Below the pieces are notes generated by a model, which saw only the letters and a list, made by a program, of their open reading frames with translations, was not told the DNA's origin and made no database searches. Shown here piece after piece: positions 9,676 through 19,517 of a stretch of 64,000 nt of DNA; position 1 is the stretch's first letter, and the number at the start of each line of letters is the position of its first letter. The DNA comes from Candidatus Atabeyarchaeum deiterrae (lineage in GTDB: Archaea; Asgardarchaeota; Atabeyarchaeia; Atabeyarchaeales; Atabeyarchaeaceae), in the NCBI GenBank assembly GCA_037310415.1, contig CP147780.1:2048001-2112000 (forward strand). The letters are read 5' to 3'. The position numbers and the translations under genes were made by a program.

Positions 9676-10089
9676 CTACCAGATTGCTTCCCGCATCTTC
9701 TGATCTGATTCCTTGAAGTAGGAATCATAAACCACATCCAGTGCAGGGGAAATCTGTGACAAGGCGTCCCAGTTTGAAGAATGCCTCTCAGCCGAGAAGT
9801 TGCTGAAGAACATCACTTGGAGCTCTTCAAGTTCCCTCCTTACTTCAGTCGCCTTCGCATTCAGATCTGTGCGAACGATGAAGAGCAACCCATGCGAAGA
9901 AAGAACAAAGTATTTTGATCGACCAATACCGACAGATTCCAAGCTACCCGACATCACCTTGCTCGCAAACGAGTTCATAGCAGTCATGAAACCAGGAAGG
10001 AGATCCTGGCTAACTGTGCCGTTAGTGGACCTAGCGTAGATGCATGTGCCAGCTTCAGTGGCAATATAGAAGTGTGTGACTGCCGGCAT
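9676..10089 (-). CDS. Longin-like domain protein
   Basis: FYIATEAGTCIYARS...QDLLPGFMTAMNSFA...LESVGIG...LLFIVRTD; probable ATG at 10089. Confidence 0.7.
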   Translation of the reverse strand: MPAVTHFYIATEAGTCIYARSTNGTVSQDLLPGFMTAMNSFASKVMSGSLESVGIGRSKYFVLSSHGLLFIVRTDLNAKATEVRRELEELQVMFFSNFSAERHSSNWDALSQISPALDVVYDSYFKESDQKMREAIW

Positions 10090-10316
10090 AGGTGACCGCC
10101 TTTCCGAATCGTATGACCTCAATACAGTATACTTACCTCAGGAGATTTGTAATATAGCTTTCGAACAGGGTGCGATAATCGCAACACGTTGCCGATAATT
10201 TATTAGAGTGCTCGGCATGATATATCTCACAGATTAAGAGGGGCCTCTCTCCTCAAAGAGCGCATTGATGGTACCCGGTTCACCATAAATGGTTATTCAG
10301 ATCGGCTGGAAGGTGG

Positions 10317-10982
10317 ATGTCTTTGATAGACTGGCAATCTATTGTGTCGCTTGAAATCATAGCTGTGAAGGAGCAGGCGAAAGTATATGGACCAGTGATT
10401 CCAAGACTTGTCGCCGCTTCATCGGTAAAATTCGTAGCCGAGAAACTGAATGAGGAGGCCCCCACAGTAGATACCCTGGAGCAGGCTGTAAACTACATAA
10501 AGAAGAATCAGAGTCGATACCCCAAAGCATTCACTGCCTTAGGCTACGGAGTAATAAAGGCTGTAAGCACCCTAGAGGGAAAGTCAGGAGCAGGAACCAG
10601 ATTGTTCAAGTCCATCATGAAGACAGTTATGGAGAGCATGGGGCTAAAGAAGGTGCTGGGCTCCGTCGCTGGAACCGCAGACGCAGCGAGGAAGAACACA
10701 AAGTTCAACGAAGACATGAACGTTATACAGAAAGGCATCACAGAAATCTCCGGAGACTACAACAACGCTTTCGAGCAAATCAGAGGCTGCGACTATACCG
10801 ATGTATGCACGAAACTCCTTCAGGAAAGAATAACTAGAGCAGCTGTCGGTGGGTCGGAATGCACCTATGCACTCTCAGATGCTGCTGCGGCGGCAATCCT
10901 TACAGGAGTCGAACACGAGTACGAACTCACCAGCTTCAAGCCCCCTATTTGCGAGTACAGAGTTTTCCAGCTCGAAGGCTAG
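10317..10982 (+). CDS. Hypothetical protein with V4R-like C-terminal domain; paralog of 1723..2376
   Basis: YGPVIPRLVA, GCDYTDVC, GGSEC, PPICEY. Confidence 0.6.
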   Translation: MSLIDWQSIVSLEIIAVKEQAKVYGPVIPRLVAASSVKFVAEKLNEEAPTVDTLEQAVNYIKKNQSRYPKAFTALGYGVIKAVSTLEGKSGAGTRLFKSIMKTVMESMGLKKVLGSVAGTADAARKNTKFNEDMNVIQKGITEISGDYNNAFEQIRGCDYTDVCTKLLQERITRAAVGGSECTYALSDAAAAAILTGVEHEYELTSFKPPICEYRVFQLEG

Positions 10983-11160
10983 GACCGAAACTGATCCGGA
11001 AGGTTCACAACCTCTCACGAAGGGGATGAAAGCGCGGCTGATCAGAAAGATCTCCATTTCCACGAAGGTAAAATGCAATCATTAATCAATGCGCGACTAC
11101 TATAAATAGCGAATATGCAATTACTGAGAAAATGTCAAGTCGGAAAATGGGGAAATTAAT

Positions 11161-11640
11161 TTGTCTCTGTCGAGCAAGTTGAGTCGTCTTCGCGTTACCG
11201 ACGCTAAGTTCGTGATCGGAGGCAAGAAGGGCGGCGGCAAGATGGTTGAGATTCGCATTGAGGGTTCGAGGATCATGCCCGCTCAACTCATTCAAGTGGT
11301 TGAGCATGAACCTTGGGTTGGCTCTTGGTGGAAAACGCGTCACACAAAGAGAATACTGCTTGATGATGATGCCGCCATACAAGAAAGGTACACTCTTAGT
11401 CTAGCCATACATGAGACAGTTGAGAAATGGATATACGAGACATTCTTCAAAGGCATTCCAATCAGCAAGACATATTCGACTTGCCACCGGATAGCGCAAA
11501 ACATAGAACGGAACTTCCATCAACGGAAATGGGGAAAAGAATCCTGGAAGGAGTATTCGGAGCTCGTCGACAAGGTGTATCGTAAAGAGAGCAGATACGC
11601 CGAAACTAACCTTGAGCAGGGCAAACTCCCAGAAAAGTGA
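11161..11640 (+). CDS. Hypothetical protein with possible metal-binding HExxE...H motif
   Basis: LAIHETVEK...CHRIAQNIE. Confidence 0.5.
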   Translation: MSLSSKLSRLRVTDAKFVIGGKKGGGKMVEIRIEGSRIMPAQLIQVVEHEPWVGSWWKTRHTKRILLDDDAAIQERYTLSLAIHETVEKWIYETFFKGIPISKTYSTCHRIAQNIERNFHQRKWGKESWKEYSELVDKVYRKESRYAETNLEQGKLPEK

Positions 11641-11821
11641 GCGCTCTGAACCATTCGCGTCCGATTCTTGAGAAGAAATCGTCGGCTAGTGCTTTGTCGG
11701 CTTCGTGCTCAATCCAACTCCTCTTTCAGACTTGCTTCTTAAGCGGTTCCCCTGATTGCCGATCGATTCGCCAGCAGAGGCAAAATAGGAAAAATGAGAG
11801 AAGAACAGGTTCATGATCTGT

Positions 11822-12487
11822 CTAGTGTCGGAACTTCGGGAAGAATCCTCCAGTTCTTGCCTCGTACTCTGTATAGACCTTGCCGAATCTCTTTTCTAGC
11901 ATCACCTCTTCAGCCTTTGCTTGGCTTCGTAGTGCGAACCAAGAGATAACGCCGAAGACATAGATCCAGACGCCAGTTGCCAGGAAGCCGAAGATAGTAT
12001 CCATCGAAAGCCTCAAGTACGCTGGGTGGCGGATGAACTTGTATGGACCTCCAGTGGCCAGGACGTACTTCGACTTCATAGCTTTATAACAAGGGGTAAA
12101 GTTGACATTGTAGAATTGGACAGCTGAATGCAACCCTTCTAGGAACCAGATACCGAAAATGCCGATCCAATTCAACCAGACAGGCAAGTCTAGAACGAGT
12201 GGCGCCATATAGATCCACAGATCAATTGTCGGCTCGACAAAAGACACCATGTAGATAATGAGTAATGCGAATATGGAGAGTTCATATATGAGGCCACCGA
12301 CTACGCCTAAGTACCAGCTCCATCGCGTGCCAGGAGTCCTCGACTCGCCCTTCATGAAATGAGTCTCTGCGACAATGGATCCCGGCGGCAACCTCTTGGC
12401 ATTCTTCCTTCTCGCCCACGCGATGAATATTCCTACAGGAAGCGCAGCCCCCAGGATCGCCAGAACGAATTCCAATCGACCTATCAC
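11822..12487 (-). CDS. ICMT/PEMT-family membrane methyltransferase
   Basis: TGGPYKFIRHPAY and EEVMLEKRFG..Y..Y motifs; multiple TMs. Confidence 0.85.
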   Translation of the reverse strand: MIGRLEFVLAILGAALPVGIFIAWARRKNAKRLPPGSIVAETHFMKGESRTPGTRWSWYLGVVGGLIYELSIFALLIIYMVSFVEPTIDLWIYMAPLVLDLPVWLNWIGIFGIWFLEGLHSAVQFYNVNFTPCYKAMKSKYVLATGGPYKFIRHPAYLRLSMDTIFGFLATGVWIYVFGVISWFALRSQAKAEEVMLEKRFGKVYTEYEARTGGFFPKFRH

Positions 12488-12945
12488 TTTCTTGCCCTCC
12501 TACTAGTCTTCGCAGAAGGATCAACCCTGACGATACCAACCTCGCGGCCACGCATTGGAGCTACTGGGGGCGATACTTAACCTAATTTCTCAACGAATGC
12601 AGAACCTCTCCTATAGATTAGTCTTCACATTGGCAACCGACCTTATAGGCTGTGATCCGCATTGCAGAGTGCCCTCAGTCATTGAAGGGTTTCGACTTTG
12701 GAAAAGAGTCTGCGACCGCGTCCGACTGCTCTCCCTATCGGCTCTAGCCAAAAACCCCTTGCACCAAATCATCTAATGTGCATCCTCCCTTGAACTTGAA
12801 GGAGAGCTCTTCGTCGAACCTAAGCACTTCTGTCATACCAATGACTTGGGGGATAGGTTATTTCAACATTTCCACGATAAAAGACCTAACCCGCAGACAA
12901 GGAAAATCATAGAGTCAGACCCCAAGGCTCCCCGTGGTTCAAGGT

Positions 12946-13554
12946 CTACTGTAATCGTTCCCTAGTATAGGAGGCGACGATCCCAGCCAACCTAACAGCA
13001 ACTGGCGCAACAATGAGCAATGTAATCAAAGATACACTGAAGAACGGTAAGAAGTTGTAGAGGATCGCTGATAGAAAGTTCTCACCAACAATCAGAAGCA
13101 GACCAGCGAGATAGAATACAATCATCACCAGAAAGCCCGCCATGGTGAAAAGGATGAGCTTGCCGAGTGTCCTCCCTCTCGAGAATCCTTCTCCCTGATT
13201 GTAGTGTGGGATGCCTACTATCAAACCCAACAGGCCGTAGGAGAGGTTTATCAAACCGAGAGCTATGATTTGTTGAGTGTACAGAAGGTCAGCTATGAGC
13301 GTTCCGAATAGCCCCACCACGAAACCAGCGAACGGTCCGAAGAACGCAGCGACAAGGGGAATAACCAAGAGCGCCAAGCTGATCTGCACTGTTATCAATC
13401 CTAAGGCTTTGTACTCAGGCAACTCCACCGCGTATAGAAGCATGTAGCTGAATACCCCGACTATGATGGTTAGACAGGTTCGGTTGGCTGAGTCCTCTGT
13501 ATCAAGCCGCAGGAAACTTAGGATGCGTCCTCCTCTACTCATTTCTTTGGGCAT
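12946..13554 (-). CDS. ECF transporter S-component-like membrane protein
   Basis: AAFFGPFAGFVVGLFGTLIADLL motif; 5-6 TMs. Confidence 0.7.
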   Translation of the reverse strand: MPKEMSRGGRILSFLRLDTEDSANRTCLTIIVGVFSYMLLYAVELPEYKALGLITVQISLALLVIPLVAAFFGPFAGFVVGLFGTLIADLLYTQQIIALGLINLSYGLLGLIVGIPHYNQGEGFSRGRTLGKLILFTMAGFLVMIVFYLAGLLLIVGENFLSAILYNFLPFFSVSLITLLIVAPVAVRLAGIVASYTRERLQ

Positions 13555-13568
13555 GTTTCGGATTCCTC

Positions 13569-15185
13569 CTAAGCAATTACGAACGAATAGGTACCTGGCG
13601 AAAGGGTCAATAGGAGTTGACTGCCATTCTGGCTCCAGTTCGTGTAAGCGCCCTGAGCGGTGTAGACACCTTGAACGCCTGGAAAGTTGTCGAATGTCAG
13701 AACTTCCGTATTGTGGGTCTCAACTGTTAGAATTAACGCACCTCTTGCCTGGTCGTAATATGCTTGGTAGATGAACAACCCGTCAGTTGTGGATTGGTTT
13801 GAGATATACGGTGCATTCGTGAAGAAGGCGTTCGGTCGCGGGTTCATGAGACTCGTGAGATTAGAGTAGGCGTGAGACCATGCCCATGCGAAGTTTATGA
13901 CCGGATAGGCAATAGAGCTGAGGCTACCCAGTGAACTCGTATCGAACGAATACTTGTAGCCATTCCACCTGCCTTCGAAGGGACCGTAGAACCAGTTCTC
14001 CAGCTTCCTGAACAACGCCGCGTCACCCATCTCACTGGCACAGAAGTAGGCAAATACGTTGCCCACGAAGTCCAACACTCCAAATTCATTAGGAGCATGA
14101 TATGAGTCCACAACATAGGCGGTATCCCCAGTGCTGTAATGCACAAAGTCGTTCTTGAAATTTCCATAAAGGGTGCTGGCAAGCGTTGTGTATCCCATTG
14201 CATTGTAGAGCATCGTTATCCACGCGGAGCCATAGGCGGATACCTTTGGATAGGGCGTATTGCTAGTTCTTGAAACCCCAGGGAAGGTTGGCGGCAAATT
14301 AGCAGGGCTTCTATGAATCCCTACCGGTTCTGCTACGTAGTATCCATCTATTGGGACTCCGCTTGGGTCGATCATGTTTGTTTGCCACCAAGCGATGCCA
14401 GGTAAGCTTGACTGTTGATATGTTGTGCTGTGGAGCTTGTCATATAGCCGCATCGCGTAGAACGGAATACTGTTGCATTGGACGAAGACAATATATGGTT
14501 CGCATGGAATGAGTCCAGTTTCCCATCTGCCCAGTCCATTTGAGGGTGTTCCGTTCCATGTGGTGGTTGCTGTGAGGGATGAGTTCCAGTCATTCATGTA
14601 GAATGAGATCTCGTTATTGTAGCGATTGTCGCGGAAAAGGCTGTAGTACAGGAGTTCCATGAGTGCATAGTGACCTGTCCACATTATGTTTGTCGGACCT
14701 CTGTAACCATTTCCAAGGCTCGCGTAATGTGGGTCCGTGAAATTCTCCTCGATCCATTCGATTTGCTCCATCTCTGAGCTGTTCATCATAGCGATTAGCT
14801 TGTGGAATATGTCCGTGTAATAGTTGGTTCGATAACCTGGCGTGGAATCGGCGATCTTCGCCATCCCATATGTGGTGAAAGCTAGGAAATACTGAGTTAG
14901 GATCTCTGGCAGCATGCTCAGATCATTGACACTAGCATTTGACAGATCAGTGACCTTGTAATAATCGCGAAACAGGTTCACTAGCCCAATGACGCGGCGA
15001 TCGAGCACGGGATATGCGCTTAAAACAAAAACCCCTTTCGACGGGACATTTATCGAGCCCAGTTGGGGATTAGGATACTGAGTAGGGGCGAGCAGGAACG
15101 TGGAGCCGCCGACTACTATAGTCATTATTAGAAACGCTGTGAATAGCTTGTTCTTCCAAACCAGACCGCCGACACGTTTAGCCAA
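13569..15185 (-). CDS. Linalool dehydratase/isomerase (LinD)-like protein, N-terminally anchored or secreted
   Basis: NIMWTGH, IPCEPYIVFVQCN, LYDKLH and SAYGSAW match LinD motifs; N-terminal hydrophobic helix. Confidence 0.8.
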   Translation of the reverse strand: MAKRVGGLVWKNKLFTAFLIMTIVVGGSTFLLAPTQYPNPQLGSINVPSKGVFVLSAYPVLDRRVIGLVNLFRDYYKVTDLSNASVNDLSMLPEILTQYFLAFTTYGMAKIADSTPGYRTNYYTDIFHKLIAMMNSSEMEQIEWIEENFTDPHYASLGNGYRGPTNIMWTGHYALMELLYYSLFRDNRYNNEISFYMNDWNSSLTATTTWNGTPSNGLGRWETGLIPCEPYIVFVQCNSIPFYAMRLYDKLHSTTYQQSSLPGIAWWQTNMIDPSGVPIDGYYVAEPVGIHRSPANLPPTFPGVSRTSNTPYPKVSAYGSAWITMLYNAMGYTTLASTLYGNFKNDFVHYSTGDTAYVVDSYHAPNEFGVLDFVGNVFAYFCASEMGDAALFRKLENWFYGPFEGRWNGYKYSFDTSSLGSLSSIAYPVINFAWAWSHAYSNLTSLMNPRPNAFFTNAPYISNQSTTDGLFIYQAYYDQARGALILTVETHNTEVLTFDNFPGVQGVYTAQGAYTNWSQNGSQLLLTLSPGTYSFVIA

Positions 15186-15536
15186 TAGACCTCACCAAAC
15201 AGTCCTAATAGTCTCATTCAACTTGCTTTTGTAGTTAGCGGTCGCATCGGAAGAACCCTGGCGGATAAATAGCATCAACTTCATTTGGCGTCGAACAGGA
15301 AAACGGAAAGTGCAGGATAGGTTATCCATGAAAAGCCGACTCTCATGTGTCCATGCCGTGAACTGGAAATTCCAGTGCGTCCTGCATCTGAGCATTATAG
15401 ACCCTTCAGCTTGAAATTCATTCAAGTGCATCTGGGCGGATTCCCGAAGATGGCAAGGATTATATATGCGATCGACATCGCCTCTTTCAAAGCATGAAAC
15501 ACCATGAGATTCTGCATGCTAGAAAAAGGGGATCAC

Positions 15537-16148
15537 ATGTCAAAGAAAAAATGGGCATTGGTTGGCTTCACTATAGGCTTGATCGCTTTCTCAGGAGTCT
15601 TCTCATGGTTCATGTTCTTCAGACACCCTTGGGTTTCGCCTCTAGGTGTGAACCCTGCCATTGGTCTGCCGCTCTACGATTACTCCTACAACAACAAAAT
15701 CGCGGGATTCGGACAAATCACGCCAACCTACTATCATAACGGCTTTGATTTCGCGGTGAACGCAAGTACCACGTTCGTTGCTGCTCACGAGGCTTACGTT
15801 GACGGAATCAGAACTTGGTACAATGACAAGGGGGGGCACTGGCAGACGAATGTTGAACTATGGATTAATCCGCAGTGGACGATCGAGATGGCTTTTGAGT
15901 CCTGGGCCCTGAACGAGACGTACGCGAATCTTCAGGCAGGCCAGATCTTGGTGAGTGTGGGGGAGCACGTTATGACCAATCAGAGTATTGGGATCTTGCA
16001 GCACTTTGGAGACGGTTCCCATGTTCATTTCGGCGTAGGAACGTGGGGTAACTACATCTGCCCTTATGACGCGTTCACAGCCTCTGCTAGGGCGACCTTT
16101 GTGACTCAGTTTTACAAGGTCAACACGACAACCGACTGGCGCATGTAG
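15537..16148 (+). CDS. M23-family metallopeptidase-like exported protein
   Basis: HNGFD (HxxxD) and HVHF (HxH) zinc motifs; N-terminal TM; probable ATG at 15537. Confidence 0.7.
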   Translation: MSKKKWALVGFTIGLIAFSGVFSWFMFFRHPWVSPLGVNPAIGLPLYDYSYNNKIAGFGQITPTYYHNGFDFAVNASTTFVAAHEAYVDGIRTWYNDKGGHWQTNVELWINPQWTIEMAFESWALNETYANLQAGQILVSVGEHVMTNQSIGILQHFGDGSHVHFGVGTWGNYICPYDAFTASARATFVTQFYKVNTTTDWRM

Positions 16149-16201
16149 AATAGAAGTCGTGCCCCGAGTGACAAGAGTTATGTCTTTCACAATCGATTGG
16201 C

Positions 16202-17650
16202 GTGTCACCACACTATATGCCTTTCATTAGACTGGTTTCAAGGTTGATTAAGTTGAAAAGGAAATTGGAGTTAAAGAGAGCGCTTGGAGCCGGGCTGTCG
16301 ACTGTTTTCGCGGTTGGACTCGTTCTAGGAGCCGGCATTTACAGCGTTATAGCTCAGGCAGTGGGAGGAGCAGGAGGACTCACATGGCTTCCCTTCGCAG
16401 TTCTACCTGCGATTGTGTATTTGTTTATTGGGTTGACTTACGCTGAGTTTGCCTCAATGTACCCTTCGGCAGGATCAGCATACGTGTACGCTAGAGAGGG
16501 GCTCTCAGCAGTTAACAAACGCGCCGGTAGCTTAGTTTCATTCATACTGCTGTTCTCTGGACTCTTTGTGGCTATCCCTCTCGCAGCAGCCGTCGTTGCA
16601 CTTGTGTTCGGGCAGTACCTGAACGAGTTTCTGACTACGCTGGGATTGGGTTTCTCGCCGATATTTTTGGGTGGGGTTCTGACGATCAATCCGCCTGTGC
16701 TTTTTGCCATCATATTGGTGGTCATTCTTACACTGATTAATTGGCTCGGCATAAAGGAGACTGCAGTAGCGATGGTTGTTGGCACGGTAATAGAAATTGC
16801 AGGGCTGATTCTCATCGCGTTTCTCGGTTTCGCGTCAGGCGCTGTGAGCCCAAATTACCTTTCGGCGAGCGGAGCACCAAAGTCTGGATTGATGGGGCTG
16901 ATTACGGCATTCGCCATTGGGTACTTCATGTACAGTGGGCTTGAGCTAACGCCAAGCCTAGCTGAGGAGGCAAAGGAACCTCAGAAGACGGTTCCAAGGG
17001 CGATACTCATTGCCCTTGCCCTAGTGGCAGCGATCTATATGCTGGTCGCTCTGGGCATTGTGCGGCTTCTTCCACTCCCAGTTTTGTCAGGTTCATCTGC
17101 GGCTTTTGTTGATGCGTCTGCAGTCGCACTGGGTCTCTTTACTGCAACCTTGCTCTTCGCTTTTTTTGCGCTCTTTGCGTCGCTGAACACCGTTCTGGCA
17201 GAGCTTGTAACCTCATCAAGACTAATGTACGGAATAGCAAAACAGGGTGCTTTACCTTCAACGCTCGGTAAGATCAGTGAAAGCCGAAGGACACCAACAA
17301 GAGCCATCATCCTGACTGGGACACTTGCCGCGCTCTTCTGCCTGTTCGAGGAAATACAGTTGGTGGTTGAGGGCGCAGTTGTAACGATATGTTGGATAGA
17401 CTTCATAGTGGCCGTCTCTCTCATCGCCTCTAGGAGGCGAGAGCCAAAGCTGAAGAGACCCTTCAAGGTGCCACTCTCGGTGAGACGAGTCCCAATCCCG
17501 ACGCTCATTGCAGCAGTCGTCGTTTTCTTCTTGCCGATACTGCTGCTTCTGGATAACTGGATCACTTGGATACCACTTCTCGTTTCACTTCCTGTCTCTA
17601 TCATTTTCTATGTGGCACTGAATCGGCGAAGGAAAAGAGGTTACCGCTGA
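16202..17650 (+). CDS. APC-family amino acid permease
   Basis: GAGIY, YAEFASMYPSAGSAYVY, EEAKEPQKTVPRA; about 12 TMs; start may lie slightly downstream. Confidence 0.92.
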   Translation: MSPHYMPFIRLVSRLIKLKRKLELKRALGAGLSTVFAVGLVLGAGIYSVIAQAVGGAGGLTWLPFAVLPAIVYLFIGLTYAEFASMYPSAGSAYVYAREGLSAVNKRAGSLVSFILLFSGLFVAIPLAAAVVALVFGQYLNEFLTTLGLGFSPIFLGGVLTINPPVLFAIILVVILTLINWLGIKETAVAMVVGTVIEIAGLILIAFLGFASGAVSPNYLSASGAPKSGLMGLITAFAIGYFMYSGLELTPSLAEEAKEPQKTVPRAILIALALVAAIYMLVALGIVRLLPLPVLSGSSAAFVDASAVALGLFTATLLFAFFALFASLNTVLAELVTSSRLMYGIAKQGALPSTLGKISESRRTPTRAIILTGTLAALFCLFEEIQLVVEGAVVTICWIDFIVAVSLIASRRREPKLKRPFKVPLSVRRVPIPTLIAAVVVFFLPILLLLDNWITWIPLLVSLPVSIIFYVALNRRRKRGYR

Positions 17651-18010
17651 GGACGGCCTTTCCAGTTTTCTTTTGTCTCGACTTGACTCTGAGATTCGTC
17701 CCTGAATCCAAAACCGTATGTTACCTTGGCAAGAAGCACTGACCGCTGATCATAAGCAATAGACTTGGGAGGCCAGGGAAACCGGAGAAACTGACAATTC
17801 CAGTCGACAAACCAAGAACCTGCACAACTTTGTCTGACGCGGACAGGTTCTGGTCGATTTATGGGCGTTTTCTGCGAGAATGATTGCGATAATCACAAGA
17901 CCTTATTCTCAAAGAGCAATAACCTAAAAACATACTCGACACTATGTTCTAGTCAACGGGGTGTACTCTTCAATCAACAGGATCGGAATTGGACCTCGGG
18001 GGGTAGCAGG

Positions 18011-18682
18011 ATGCAGAAAGAGACACTAGATAAGATACTCTTTGAAGGAGTAGTTGTGGGCCGATTCGACCTAATACTTGGTCCCACTGCTTCGGCAATG
18101 CATCCAGCTGGGTTCTTGACACAAGAAGCCGCGAGAAACGTTGCCGAGGACACAATGTTACTCCTGTCAACTGGCAAACGGGATACCATTTACTCAGTTA
18201 TGTCCTTTGTTGGGATTCAGAAACTTGGTGTTGTGGGAGTCCACCTAAGCCCCGTTGAAAGCGCAATTGGAGTAATAACGGTGTTTAGCGAGAACGCCAG
18301 AGGCGTTATCTGGGAAGCCTATCCCTTACTTCGAAGTCTGATAGCGAAGGATATACAGAATGCTAGGCGTCAGCCAACTGATGTGGCTCTCAGAGTATTT
18401 CGAGAGACAAAAAGAATATGTGAGTGCTCACCTGAGGAAAGAGATCTCTCGAGGCTGATTGAAGCGGTGGAGAATGACATTGAGAAAACCTACTTCGCAT
18501 TCTATTCTCTGAGACACGCTAGTCGTTTAGATAAACCGGACATGATAACACCCGATCGAAGGGTGAGAATTGACAAGCTTGTTGCCATACTTCGGGAATC
18601 TAGAGGCGTTCTGAAAGAGAAAATGCAACTGCTAAAAGAAGAGTCAGATAGCCAGACTGGACCAGTCAATTCTGATGAATAA
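18011..18682 (+). CDS. uDENN/longin-like N-terminal domain protein
   Basis: GVVVGRFDLILGPT...HP resembles the FDxxxGP uDENN/NPR2-type signature; probable ATG at 18011. Confidence 0.55.
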   Translation: MQKETLDKILFEGVVVGRFDLILGPTASAMHPAGFLTQEAARNVAEDTMLLLSTGKRDTIYSVMSFVGIQKLGVVGVHLSPVESAIGVITVFSENARGVIWEAYPLLRSLIAKDIQNARRQPTDVALRVFRETKRICECSPEERDLSRLIEAVENDIEKTYFAFYSLRHASRLDKPDMITPDRRVRIDKLVAILRESRGVLKEKMQLLKEESDSQTGPVNSDE

Positions 18683-18699
18683 TTGGAAGGTAGCAGCAA

Positions 18700-19401
18700 T
18701 TGTCGGGATGCGCGCCAAACTCAGTTGAATCGGATCACGTTAAAGGGGTATTTGTCTCCAGATTCGACGTAGCATACGGCCCGAAACCAGTTGCAAGATA
18801 TCCACCTGACTTCATCGCAGAAGACCAGTCAAATAGACTAGCCATACATTCCATGGTGCAACTCAATGCATCCAAGGGAAAGCAGGTAATTGTGATGCTC
18901 ACGATTGACGATTTAGAGGCCATAGGGATTGGAACCCTTGGAAAGTTGCCTTCGCTTGCCTTCTACTCTCTAATCATCTTGCTTGGGCTGAACGCACCAG
19001 AGGATGCTTCAGACAAATTGAAGGATGTCTTATCCGTCCTCGTCAGGTCTAACGAGAAGATTCTAAGAGATGGCAGAACCGATGACCTACTCGCTAAAGA
19101 AGTCTATGAGGATTGCTGCAGGCTCTTCGGGCAGGACAATGAACAGAAATCAGCTCATCAAACAGCCTATCCGCCTGAAGTGAGCAATATGGTTGAGAAG
19201 ATGGTTGAAGCCGTGTCATCAGTAGTCAACGAGGATCTATTGGTTTTAGCTTCGACAGACATGCATCTAGTCTGGAACCTGAAGGAATTGGTTGGCAGCC
19301 TGGATCGACTCAGTGTTAACCTCAACTTAACTAATCCTACCATCAGACTGCGTAGTCTGCCACCTGCGTTCAAGAACCTGAAAAGTCCAGAAGAAAAGTG
19401 A
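18700..19401 (+). CDS. uDENN/longin-like N-terminal domain protein
   Basis: GVFVSRFDVAYGPKPVARYPPD; similar to the N-domain of the upstream gene. Confidence 0.6.
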   Translation: MSGCAPNSVESDHVKGVFVSRFDVAYGPKPVARYPPDFIAEDQSNRLAIHSMVQLNASKGKQVIVMLTIDDLEAIGIGTLGKLPSLAFYSLIILLGLNAPEDASDKLKDVLSVLVRSNEKILRDGRTDDLLAKEVYEDCCRLFGQDNEQKSAHQTAYPPEVSNMVEKMVEAVSSVVNEDLLVLASTDMHLVWNLKELVGSLDRLSVNLNLTNPTIRLRSLPPAFKNLKSPEEK

Positions 19402-19517
19402 GGATGATTTATATAAGAATGGTGAATTAAACATGTTAGGTCCAAGTGGAGGGTCGGAGCCGAACAGATCATGCCGTATCGGTCCCCATCAGCAGGGCTA
19501 TATGAGACGCTCAAAAG

